The translations under genes and the position numbers were made by a program. This document shows, one piece after another, positions 12,456 through 23,600 of a stretch of DNA of 64,000 nucleotides. This DNA comes from Octopus sinensis (lineage: Eukaryota): contig NC_043009.1 of assembly GCF_006345805.1 (NCBI RefSeq), positions 57,784,001-57,848,000 on the forward strand, in the 5' to 3' direction. Position 1 is the first letter of the stretch. The number at the start of each line of letters is the position of its first letter. The notes under the pieces were generated by a model, which was not told the origin of the DNA, did not search any database, and saw only the letters and a program-made list of their open reading frames with translations.

Positions 12456-12856
12456 ACACTCACAAACACTAGCTCAGGTACTCTGAATTGAAAAACAGAA
12501 ATTGAACACTATCGGATACGCGCGCATATAACGTGCGACTAAGCGCGCACACATACATACATACAGACATACATGCATACATTCATGCATACATACATAC
12601 ATACAGACATACAAACAAACATACATAGATACATGCATACATGCATACACACATACAGACATACATACATGCATGCATACATACATACAGACAGACATAC
12701 AAACAAACATACATACATAGATACATGCATACATGCATACATACAGGCAGACATACATACAGACAAACAGTCAGATATACATATATATACATACTTACAT
12801 GCATACATACATACATACAGAAAGACATACATACAAACATATACATACATGCATAC

Positions 12857-12887
<31 letters not shown>

Positions 12888-12915
12888 CATACATACATAC
12901 TACATACAGACAGAC
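12400..12915. repeat. (CA)n and (CATA)n-derived tract
   Basis: Direct inspection. Confidence 0.9.
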
Positions 12916-13307
12916 AGTCATACACACAAAGGTCCGCGTGCACTGATCCTTAGGCACGAAAGCACATACACAGCAGTATACTGATAGAAACACGTGCAAA
13001 AAAAAAACAAGAAAAAAACAGGTGGCGCATTTAGTCACCCAGACCTACGGAATACACGCACAGAAGAAAACAAACAAAGTGGATCGAGAGACAAATACCC
13101 GAGTACACAAAGCTTTAGATACAAAAAACAGACAAACACATACCCAGAAACATAGACAGAGACATAAACAAATGCAACATCGTCAACCACACGCACAGAA
13201 ACCTAGTGACAAACACACACAATAGACACACACACGCGCGAATTCCTCTACAGACACATCATGCTCATCTTTATATGCAATAAAAATAAATGCACCCTTT
13301 TAAAACC

Positions 13308-13465
13308 TAGCCAGGCTCATGGGCACGGGTTATGCGTTCCCCAGTTGGACGGGACGCCAGTCCAACTCAGTGTTACTTAGTTTTGCCAGCTGAAATAAAG
13401 TGTTTTACTCAAGAACACAACACGTCGCCCGGTCCAGGAATCGAAACCACAATCTTACGATCATG
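13308..13465 (-). mobile_element. SINE family D, partial
   Basis: GGACGGGACGCCAGTCC and CCAGGAATCGAAACCACAATCTTACGATC match the copy at 9318-9534. Confidence 0.7.
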
Positions 13466-13644
13466 ATGATCTTTATATCTAGTGATACTTAAATAGCCAG
13501 ATTATGCTCGACTTTGAAATCACCAAAGGAGCCCTTAGCTAGTTGATAGTCCTGCGGTAAAGAATGAAAAAATGGTATCCGAATTTCATTCAAATTTAGC
13601 TTAAAGCAGTTCTATATTTAAGAAGTGAGGAATTATGTACATTA

Positions 13645-14068
13645 CTCTCTCTTTACTCTTTTACTTGTTTCAGTCATTTGACTGTGGCCATGATGGAGCA
13701 CCGCCTTTAGTCGAGCAAATCGACCCTAGGGCTTATTCTTTGTAAGCCTCGTACTTATTCTATCGGTCACTTTGGCCGAACCGCTAAGTTACGGGGACGT
13801 AAACACACCATCATTGGTTGTCAAGCGATGTAGGGGGGACACACACAGACACACAAACATATACACACATACATGCATATATATATATACATACATACAT
13901 ATATACGACGGGCTTCTTTCAGTTTCCGTCTACCAAATCCACTCACAAGCCTTTGGTCGGCCAGAGGCTATAATAGAAGATACTTACCCAAGGTGCCACG
14001 CAGTGGGACTAAACCCGGAACCATGTGGTTCGTAAGCAAGCTAATTACCACACAGCCACTCCTACACC
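13645..14068 (-). mobile_element. SINE family A, full length, 7-bp TSD
   Basis: Flanked by TACATTA at 13638-13644 and 14069-14075. Confidence 0.9.
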
Positions 14069-14349
14069 TACATTATTTACATTATTTACATTGTTTGTAT
14101 TTGACGGATATTCGTCAAATGTAAATAATGTAAATAGTGTGAACTTAGAGCGTTATAGACGAAGAGTTGTGTAGGACCTTGCTGTCCTAGATATAATGGA
14201 CGAGGAAGTAATGGGATCACAACGACTTTGAGTAGTTTGATCAGAGTTCAGAACAGGCATGGCCGTCTTGGAACAACACGAACTATAATACAGCAACTAC
14301 ATCGGCAGCAGCAACAACATCATTATCAACAACAAAAACAACAACCTTT

Positions 14350-14359
14350 TGTGTGTGTG

Positions 14360-14403
<44 letters not shown>

Positions 14404-14564
14404 CAGAGACAGACAGACAGACACACACTGAGTGCACGTATCTGTACTTGGTTATGTGTGTGATCTCAAGCTATACTACACAGCTACCCAGGGTTTCGAA
14501 ACCGAATGTAATCCTCGGATGACCTAAGTTCGTTCTGAGATCTGCACAGTCAGAGGATATATAT

Positions 14565-14597
<33 letters not shown>

Positions 14598-14790
14598 TTG
14601 TGCGTGTGTGTATGTGTGTGTGTGTGTGAGAGAGAGAGAGAAAGACAGAGACAGACTGACAGACAGACAGAGACTGCAGGTGTCTGTACCTGGTTATGCG
14701 TGTGATCTCAGACTTCACTACACAGCTACCCAGGGATTCGAAACCGAATCTAATCCTCGGATGATCTAAGTTCGTTCTGAGATCTCCTGC
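14350..14790. repeat. Older ~240-bp tandem duplication (microsatellite plus ~120 bp unique core)
   Basis: The cores at ~14440-14545 and ~14680-14785 share ACTACACAGCTACCCAGGG.TTCGAAACCGAAT.TAATCCTCGGATGA.CTAAGTTCGTTCTGAGATCT, with several substitutions. Confidence 0.85.
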
Positions 14791-15156
14791 ACGGTCAAAT
14801 GATAAATTGCGGGAATATTGCGTTGGTTGCAGTTTTCGAGTCGACTCTATTTGTTTAACCATTTGGTACACTTCTTGCACTTCAACCTCCTACGTCTGAC
14901 AAATTATTCCGGTTCGAATATTCTCGTAATTAGAGAGAAGATAAAAACTATTTTCATGACAACGCTTAGATATAAATTTCAATTTTTTTCTCTCTTTGGA
15001 ATGTCTGTTGTTTTAGCTCACATTTCAAACTTTTTGCTCTCTAACGAGATTCCTTGTTTAATATATTTATGGCTGTGTGCTAAAATTGACCATCAAAATT
15101 TAAAATACTCTGTTTATGGTTCAGTAACTTCACTGAGCTGCTCTATACTTTTTACT

Positions 15157-16498
15157 AGCGATGTTAAATTATTTAGCGCACTGTCGCTGCGCCAATCTCT
15201 TTCCAGCGATGTTAAATTATTTAGCGCACTGTCGCTGCGCCAATCTCTTTCCAGCGATGTTAATTATTTAGCGCACTGTCGCTGCGCCAATCTCTTTCCA
15301 GCGATGTTAAATTATTTAGCGCACTGTCGCTGCGCCAATCTCTTTCCAGCGATGTTAAATTATTTAGCGCACTGTCGCTGCGCCAATCTCTTTCCAGCGA
15401 TGTTAAATTATTTAGCGCACTGTCGCTGCGCCAATCTCTTTCCAGCGATGTTAAATTTTTAGCGCACTGTCGCTGCGCCAATCTCTTTCCAGCGATGTTA
15501 AATTATTTAGCGCACTGTCGCTGCGCCAATCTCTTTCCAGCGATGTTAAATTATTTAGCGCACTGTCGCTGCGCCAATCTCTTTCCAGCGATGTTAAATT
15601 ATTTAGCGCACTGTCGCTGCGCCAATCTCTTTCCAGCGATGTTAAATTATTTAGCGCACTGTCGCTGCGCCAATCTCTTCCAGCGATGTTAAATTATTTA
15701 GCGCACTGTCGCTGCGCCAATCTCTTTCCAGCGATGTTAAATTATTTAGCGCACTGTCGCTGCGCCAATCTCTTTCCAGCGATGTTAATTATTTGCGCAC
15801 TGTCGCTGCGCCAATCTCTTTCCAGCGATTTAAATATTTAGCGCACTGTCGCTGCGCCAATCTCTTTCCAGCGATGTTAAATTATTTAGCGCACTGTCGC
15901 TGCGCCAATCTCTTTCCAGCGATGTTAAATTATTTAGCGCACTGTCGCTGCGCCAATCTCTTTCCAGCGATGTTAAATTATTTAGCGCACTGTCGCTGCG
16001 CCAATCTCTTTCCAGCGATGTTAAATTATTTAGCGCACTGTCGCTGCGCCAATCTCTTTCCAGCGATGTTAATTATTTAGCGCACTGTCGCTGCGCCAAT
16101 CTCTTTCCAGCGATGTAAATTATTTAGCGCACTGTCGCTGCGCCAATCTCTTTCCAGCGATGTTAAATTATTTAGCGCACTGTCGCTGCGCCAATCTCTT
16201 TCCAGCGATGTTAAATTATTTAGCGCACTGTCGCTGCGCCAATCTCTTTCCAGCGATGTTAAATTATTTAGCGCACTGTCGCTGCGCCAATCTCTTTCCA
16301 GCGATGTTAAATTATTTAGCGCACTGTCGCTGCGCCAATCTCTTTCCAGCGATGTTAAATTATTTAGCGCACTGTCGCTGCGCCAATCTCTTTCCAGCGA
16401 TGTTAATATTAGCGCACTGTCGCTGCGCCAATCTCTTTCCAGCGATGTTAAATTATTTAGCGCACTGTCGCTGCGCCAATCTCTTTCCAGCGATGTTA
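15157..16498. repeat. 48-bp minisatellite, 28 full units plus a 10-nt partial
   Basis: Unit AGCGATGTTAAATTATTTAGCGCACTGTCGCTGCGCCAATCTCTTTCC. 15157-16488 is 1332 bp, equal to 28x48 minus 12 nt of small deletions. No spacers. Confidence 0.98.
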
Positions 16499-17443
16499 GC
16501 TGTTCAGAGTGAGATATATATTTTTCTTTATTTTGCAGCGTGTGCTCGATCAAGTACACTTATCCTAAATACTCTATTCTGACAGCAGCAAGCTGCTTGA
16601 ATATGTCGTGTGTGAAATATGTCCTGTGTATATACAAGTGTATTCTATATTTTGGATTTGTGTTTTTGCAGTTTGTAGTCTTATATTTTATTTCATGTCC
16701 AGTTTGCCTGCAATTTTGCGTTGTGCACCAAGACTCTGTGTAATTCTGTTAAATACAGTGGAAATGTGATCTGTCAGCACCATTTCATTGCAAGAAGCTC
16801 AAGCATTTTTTGTACATATGCAGCGTGCAATTGCTAAAGTGCATCGCAACGTTCTTTCTTTTTTATGAGTTTCTCTTCCTTCTTAACTTTATAACATCGA
16901 ATGCTGTGCCAAAGCTTCACATGACAATGTATCTGCTTATTTCTCTTGTGTTTGTATATCTCTCTCGAAATGTTTGTCTAACTCTCTTCAAACAAGCACA
17001 TACGAACATACATGCACGTATGCATAGAGACACAAGCACGCAGAGATATATACACATATGTAAAGACATAGGCCACGGCCATACACCACCTACGTATATA
17101 TATATATATGAGTGTGTTCGCCCCCCCCACCACACATATATAAAAAATACTGTGTTTGCATCTAACTCGGTATATCGTGTATAATTCACGGTTTAGCAAA
17201 CGCATTTCCGTAGAAAATGTACAAATGTTCTTCCTCACTGGCCAATCAAAAACGCTCTTATGAGCTGAAAGTTCTGGTTTTATACACGCAAGCAATAATG
17301 GAAAGTCAGAACGAAATATATCATAACTAAATACATAGAAGCACGGTCCTCTACCAGAGATGAACAATAGAAATATAATTTTTTATAAAAATGCATTTTA
17401 AAATCACGGTGCAGAAAGAAACCGTTTGTTCATTATATAATGC

Positions 17444-17489
<46 letters not shown>

Positions 17490-17826
17490 CTGAGATGTAC
17501 TCGCATAGCAAGTGATTTGATCTGAGATCGTGTGCTGAACGAAAACAATTGCAGCGTGGAAGGTGTTTGTAAGCCATTTAAGAAACACACAAAAGCCGTT
17601 CGATTCACTTCAACATTTAAGTTTAATTTGTCAAAATATTTTCGTCGCTAAAATCCGCGACCTGTTCACTGACAAAAATCCGTGCTGCATCACGGATTTT
17701 TGTCAGTGAACAGGTCGCGGATTTTAGCGACGAAAATATTTTGACAAATTAAACTTAAATGTTGAAGTGAATCGAACGGCTTTTGTGTGTTTCTTAATGG
17801 CTTACAACCATCTTCCACGCTGCAAT

Positions 17827-17828
<2 letters not shown>
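17490..17828. mobile_element. Fold-back (head-to-head) copy of a ~200-bp interspersed repeat between (TA)n tracts
   Basis: Arms 17546-17684 and 17691-17828 are near-perfect reverse complements. A single-orientation copy of the same family lies at 25196-25400. Confidence 0.9.
17699..17748 (+). ncRNA. Candidate minimal type I hammerhead ribozyme, G3:C8 core variant (mirror copy on minus strand at 17627-17676)
   Basis: TTTGTCA-GTGAACA-G-GTCGC(GGATTTTA)GCGAC-GAA-AATATT-T-TGACAAA: 7-bp helix I, 5-bp helix II, palindromic AATATT helix III. Confidence 0.65.
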
Positions 17829-17873
<45 letters not shown>

Positions 17874-17883
17874 ATATATATAA

Positions 17884-18070
17884 GTTAATCCAAACAAGAA
17901 AGCACAAAAAAAACAACAACGCGAGGAACGTGGAACAAATATAGTATTATTGAACGCTCAGGAAAAAAGGAAAGAAGGAGGGTTTAACGTTTCGAGCGGA
18001 GCTCTTCGTCGGAAACATAGGAGAAGGAAAGATCTAGAGAAGGGAAGACAGAGGGAAAAAAATCGCCATA
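17884..18070 (-). mobile_element. PLE-type solo repeat with hammerhead-like motif (17982-18016)
   Basis: Minus strand GTTT-CCGACGA-A-GAGC(TCC)GCTC-GAA-ACGT-T-AAAC. The remainder resembles 22170-22340, and the 3' end runs into (TA)n. Confidence 0.7.
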
Positions 18071-18214
18071 TATATGCAGTATTTCTTTGTGTAAATCTCA
18101 AGAAATATGATCACGTGCTGTCATCGTCATCGTTGTCATCGATGTCATCGTGTATTGTCGGTTTTGTTTTGGTTCTCTCATTCTTCCTCGGTCTGTTACT
18201 GGATGGAATATTAT

Positions 18215-18246
<32 letters not shown>

Positions 18247-18247
18247 C

Positions 18248-18477
18248 TTTTCTTTACTACCCACAAGGGGATAAACATAGAAGGGACAAACAAGGACAGA
18301 CAAAGGGATTAAGTCGATTACATCGACCCCAGTGCGAAACTGGTACTTTATTTATCGACCCCGAAAGGATGAAAGGCAAAGTTGACCTCGGCGGAATTTG
18401 AACTCAGAACGTACGGCAGACGAAATACCGCTAAGCATTTCGCCCGGCGCGCTAACGTTTCTGCCAGCTCGCCACCT
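18248..18477 (-). mobile_element. SINE family B, full length (central domain resembles Deu/Nin-type conserved SINE domains)
   Basis: Head GGCGAGCTGGCAGAAACGTTAGC, B-box-like GAGTTCAAATTCC, central GCCTTTCATCCTTTCGGGGTCGATAAA....GTACCAG. Confidence 0.9.
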
Positions 18478-18488
18478 TTCTGTTACTC

Positions 18489-18990
18489 GATGGAATATAT
18501 ATATACACCGGAAAAGGTAATGGACGAAAAGCGGAAGGTAAAAATCCTCTGGGGCTTTGATTTCAAGACAGACAAAGTGTTAGAGCACCGAAGGCCGGGT
18601 ATAGTAACCCTTAGGAGGGAGAAACAAGAGTGCTTAATGATTGATATGGCAGTGCCAGGAGATCAACATATCATCATGAAAGAAAGAGAAAAGGTTGATA
18701 AATATGGAGACCTGAGAATTGAGATCGCGAAGATTGACTGGAATGGTCGCGGAGTAAATGTACGGACGTCTGGAATAAAAAGGAGTCCTCCCACATGAGC
18801 AGAAGGGTTTCAAGCGTAAGTGCAGACGTAGCAAGGATCAACTCCTGATAGACAGAAATGTACTTAGAGACTGCAAGAAGGAGGAAAACTAACTTAGCCA
18901 TGTCATGGATCGATATGATCCTACATTCTTGGATTATGGGATGTATGAACCTCAGCAAGTACCCAAGGCACACAGAACTGTGCTCGGTAG
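18489..18990 (+). mobile_element. R4/Dong-like LINE fragments: RLE endonuclease piece followed by an RT piece
   Basis: KILWGFDFKTDKVLEHRRPGIV...LMIDMAVPGD..EKVDKYGDL (PD..D RLE region), then [23 protein letters not shown]...NLAMSWID (RT). Confidence 0.85.
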
Positions 18991-19022
18991 TGCAGTGAAA
19001 GCACGTGATAAAATTAAGACTA

Positions 19023-19025
<3 letters not shown>

Positions 19026-19078
<53 letters not shown>

Positions 19079-19096
19079 TAACAACAACAACAACAG

Positions 19097-19181
<85 letters not shown>

Positions 19182-19200
19182 CATAATAATATTAATATTA
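19026..19200. repeat. (AAT)n/(AAC)n tract
   Basis: Direct inspection. Confidence 0.95.
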
Positions 19201-19371
19201 ATGAAGGTATGCAATAAATAAGGAAAGTCGATAGATATAACAGGTTAGCTTGGGAATTTAAATAGTTGTGGCCGATGGAAAAGGTGATGGTATTACGAAA
19301 AATTGTCGGGGCACCTTCAAAATTACTGGTGCTGTGCCAAAATTTGAAATACTTATTGTTGATGTTGTTGC

Positions 19372-19690
19372 GTGGCACGTTGGGTAAGTGTTTTCTGCTA
19401 TACCCTCGAGCCGACCAAAACCTTGTGAGTCGGTTTGGTTGAAGGAAATTGAAAGAAGCCCGTCATTTATATATGTGTGTATGTGAGTGTGTAAGTATTT
19501 GTGTGTCTCTGTTTGTATCCCCCTCACCATCACGTCAAAACCGACATCGGTGTGTTACTTAGCGGTTCGGCAAAAATACCGATAGAATAAGTACTAGGCT
19601 TACGAACAATAATTCCTGGGATCGATTTCTTCGACGAACGCCGATGCTCCAACATGGCCGCGGTCAAATGCCTGAAACAAGTAAAAGAGT
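19372..19690 (+). mobile_element. SINE family A, 5'-degenerate
   Basis: Body and tail match 10270-10654. Confidence 0.8.
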
Positions 19691-20008
19691 AATACACACA
19701 CACACACACACCCACATACATACATACATACATACATACATACATACATACACATGTGTACATACATTCACGCCCTCCCCATCGCCCACACATATCAAAC
19801 AAAACTCAGGGACTTTATTCCTCTGGAAATATAAAAGTGTTGATTCCGCATTGAAAACATAGCAATGCCTTGTGTTCCAGATTACATCACGTGTAATCCA
19901 CCATTTTTTATCCACCATTTTGTTTTCATCAAATATAAATTTTTACCGTTTTTTAACGCCATTCACTGTTGTTTTATGAACATTTTTGTTGTTATCCTCC
20001 TCCTCCTC

Positions 20009-20009
<1 letters not shown>

Positions 20010-20053
<44 letters not shown>

Positions 20054-20077
20054 ATTTTTATTATTATAATTTTTAAA

Positions 20078-20159
<82 letters not shown>

Positions 20160-20208
20160 CATTATTATCATTATTATTATTATTATTATTATCATTCTTC
20201 TTCTTCTT

Positions 20209-20239
<31 letters not shown>

Positions 20240-20290
20240 TTATTATTATTATTATTATCATCATCATCATCATCATCGTCATCATCGTCA
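20010..20290. repeat. (ATT)n-(CTT)n-(ATC)n compound tract
   Basis: Direct inspection. Confidence 0.95.
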
Positions 20291-21351
20291 AGTCAAGCCG
20301 TAGTCCTGTCTGGTTCTATTCTTTGCTAAAACATTTTCAAACGTGTTTTTTCCTAAAACCCCATCTTTGTGTTGCTTCCTGCACATTGTACTGCCGCCAT
20401 TGTATTCGAACCCTTGTGGCTAATAAAAATTATACTTCATATCATTTTTACTATTATTATTATTATTGTTGTTGTTGCTAATTGTAACATGTGTTGTTAT
20501 TATCATTATTAATATTTTCATATTGTCTTGTACGCATCTATTGTCGTCACTATTATTCTTGTTATCAGTATTATTATTGTTATTGTCGATGTGGCTGCCA
20601 TTGTTATCAATATTCTTCTTGTTATTACTGCCGTTGTTATTGTATTGCCGGATCTGTAGCGTTGTCTATTCGTTTTATATTTATTTTATGCAAGAGTGCA
20701 TGTTTATCTCTGTCATGTGATAGAGTATGAGAGTGAGTGTGTGTGTGTGTGCGTGTGTGTATTAATACGTTTAAGTATACCTGCGTCTACCTGTGTCTTT
20801 TGTGCGTGTCTGTTAGATATTAGAGTAAACATACATAAACACACACACGAACGCACACACAAACACATGCGCAGAGAAATTGAATCCATAAGCGAATAAA
20901 TTCTTCGCTGTACTATTAAGAATAATTCTATCATGCAATATAAATTAGCTCGGAAATTCAATAAAAGTGAACAATATCGAATTTAAAGCGATAAATTAGC
21001 TGGAATTAGTTAAAACTGAGAGACACTTGAAAACAAAGTCTATTGGATGGAAAGAACACATATCTATAGTCAGAACCAACTTTCAACAGCAAAACCAACA
21101 GAAGCAGTAGCGGCAGCGGCAGCAGCAGTAACAACAGCAACAACAACAAAACAACGAGAATCACAAAATATTTGTAACAAATATGACAGCGAAAGAAAAA
21201 TAATTGAAACACCAACAACAATGATTTCAACTGTTAGCATTCAATCTCTGCACATGTTACTGTTGTAATTATTAATTGCAGAACCATTGTTAATACCCAG
21301 TCTCCAAGCAACGCAATAAACGTTCTAGTGAGATATATATATATACATATA

Positions 21352-21385
21352 CTAGCAGCTAACCCGGTTTCACCCGGTCTGTTTG
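21352..21385 (-). mobile_element. Helitron-type 3' terminus related to 9560
   Basis: Plus strand A|CTAGCAGCTAACCCGGTTTCACCCGG resembles A|CTAGCAGTATAGCCCGGCGTTGCTCGGG. Confidence 0.55.
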
Positions 21386-22169
21386 GATGATATGGCTGTG
21401 ATCGTTTTCGGTTAGGCATAATCTATAACGGTGTTTCTCAACCCTATCATTTCGGGCCCCCTGTTTTGATTGGAACCTCCAGCTGTATGAAAATTTCCTG
21501 ACTCCCAACCACCCTTGTCAGAAAACAGCTTCAGGAGTTGTGAAGAACGAATTTGTACGTAGTCTGTTTCTAAGAGCTATTCTATTGGACCTCTGCGTAA
21601 TCATTAAAACATTGATCAATTATGAACATAGAAAGAAATTATACATTAATCCCTATTTTTGTAAGCAGTTGTATCCGTAAAAAATTTATTGGCAGAGAGC
21701 AGAAATTGAAAGAAGATATATGAAATGGACGTCTATGTGTGTGTGTGTGTCTCTGTGTGTGTATGTATGTGTGTGTGCGTGCGCATGTGAGAGAGAACGA
21801 GGGTGAGAAAGATAGAGAGAGTGAGTGAAGATGTGTGTCGTGATGACATATTTGTACGCAGTAAGAGAGACAGCATAGCGAAAGTTTTGGCGGAGTGTCA
21901 TCCTGTACTCCTCTTGTTGCTGCCGAAATGGTATATGCCGTCTGTGTGAGTAACTGATTGTTTTAATGGCGGAAGAAACAGGGGATTTCCATTAGAAAAC
22001 GTTTCAATAGCTTTTCTCGGTAAGTATGGGGCCTAGGAAAAAATACAAATCTCATTCCCATGTATGCACCCGTCTCCACATGTGTGCCATTCTTCACGCA
22101 AATCCACCCAGCCGTTTGGCTGTGAACCTCAAGAAAAGAAAGAATACAACGATCACCCATGTCCAATTT

Positions 22170-22340
22170 ATATTATATAATATTGTATTCTCTCCTTGTT
22201 TCTTTCTGTGTTCCTTTCTGTGGAAGAGCGTAGGCTCGAAACGTAAAAGACTTTTTGATTTCCTGAGCGTTATACTAATACATCTGTTTGCTTTCTACAC
22301 CACTTGTCTTCGTCTTTTGCTTTTTTTCGTGAATTCTCCC
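22170..22340 (+). mobile_element. PLE-type solo repeat with hammerhead-like motif (22214-22249)
   Basis: CTTT-CTGTGGA-A-GAGC(GTAG)GCTC-GAA-ACGT-A-AAAG. It ends at a (TA)n tract, and is the same family as 43395. Confidence 0.75.
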
Positions 22341-23189
22341 TATATATATATATATATATATATATACACCCAAGACTTTGGGAAAAGGTGCACAAACAGT
22401 CGGTCCAAGGTTGTTTATATACATCGCGAATAGTCGACGATGTACAGACAAAATTCTCGAAATATAGGGACAGGTATTTACGAATGGTTTACAAAGCTAA
22501 ATCGACAATTACAGTGTTCGAAATTACAATATTAATAACGAAAGTTAGATGTTCTCAAGTTATGGTAAATAAGTGAAAAAGACTTCGCAGTGGCACGGAA
22601 AACTATTCTCTCATGCAATACTAATTGCCTTTATTAAAAGCTGGTGTCTATGCAACTGATAGAAACGACATGTTGTCCAAAGTCTGGCACCGACTATTGA
22701 CGGTAGATATCTTGTTTCTCAGTAACAAGTCTTTGTTTTCCAACATATCTCTGTGGTATATATACATACATACACACACACACACACACATATATTATAT
22801 ATATATATATATGCACGTATGAATGTATGTATATATGTATGTATGTATATACACATATATGTATATATATATATATGTAGATATATATATATATATATAT
22901 ATATATACTATATATATATATGTAGATATATATATATATGTAGATATATATGAAAGGCTAGATAGATAGATAGACAGAGAGAGATAAAGAGTTATGAGAA
23001 AAGGAAGGAAAGATTGCAAAATAATAACAGAGAATTTGTATGATTCATAAATGAAAGCAAAGCAACGGTACATTAGAAGGAAGATTATTAAGAATAAATA
23101 TTTAGTAAGAGAGATGGAAACGGAGAGAGAGAGAGAGGTATAAAAGAAACAGACAGACTGAAAGAAGAGCTTTGAAGAATTTATCCATT

Positions 23190-23600
23190 TTTAATACCTA
23201 CTTACAATTCAAAGTCAAAAACGGGCATCTTGAGAATTTGCCAGCATTTGCTTGAAAATGTTTACACCTCATTGAGCTTGCTCATTTTTGAGTTCATAAG
23301 GAGCTTCCCACGACAGCATCTATTCGCAACTCCGAACTTATTATGTAGGTGTCAATTACTGGTGTTTTTTGAAGGACCAAATTACGCCGAGAATCCACGA
23401 GTGCTTGTGCTTGACCGTTGTTGAATCCCATCTCGCAAGGCCTCATCTTCCGCAATAGAACGTTTTCCTAAGCTCGGTTTGTTTCCGAGACTGGCGTCAC
23501 ATTCCTTGAAACGTCTGAACATGTTTTCCAGCCACACGATCCTCCACTGTTCCTGGGCCTTCCGCTGCCCTTTCACTCAGTATTCTTTTTTCTACGGGTT
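23190..23600 (-). mobile_element. Mariner transposase N-terminal remnant, heavily decayed
   Basis: MFRRFKECDASLGNKPSLGKRSIAEDEALRDGIQQRSSTSTR matches the mariner WFRRFK.GD.SL.D.PRSGRP HTH/linker region. Confidence 0.7.

Noticed and set aside
10205-14124. Recurrent ORFs with DTCPRCHAVGLNPEPCG or HWSARGYSRRHLPK
   Set aside because: They are antisense translations of SINE family A, not a gene family.
15157-16498. CRISPR array or coding repeat (MLNYLAHCRCANLFPA)n
   Set aside because: There are no spacers and no cas genes in a eukaryotic context. Open frames are expected for a 48-bp unit, and no start, splice or homology evidence supports translation.
16520-16640. Strong plus-strand acceptor followed by ...YSILTAASCL, resembling serine-protease LTAAHC
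   Set aside because: The catalytic His is absent, the surrounding residues do not match a trypsin fold, there is no good donor, and no partner exons were found.
21428-21445. hAT-like TIR (GGTGTTTCTCAACC)
   Set aside because: No matching second terminus or 8-bp TSD was found.
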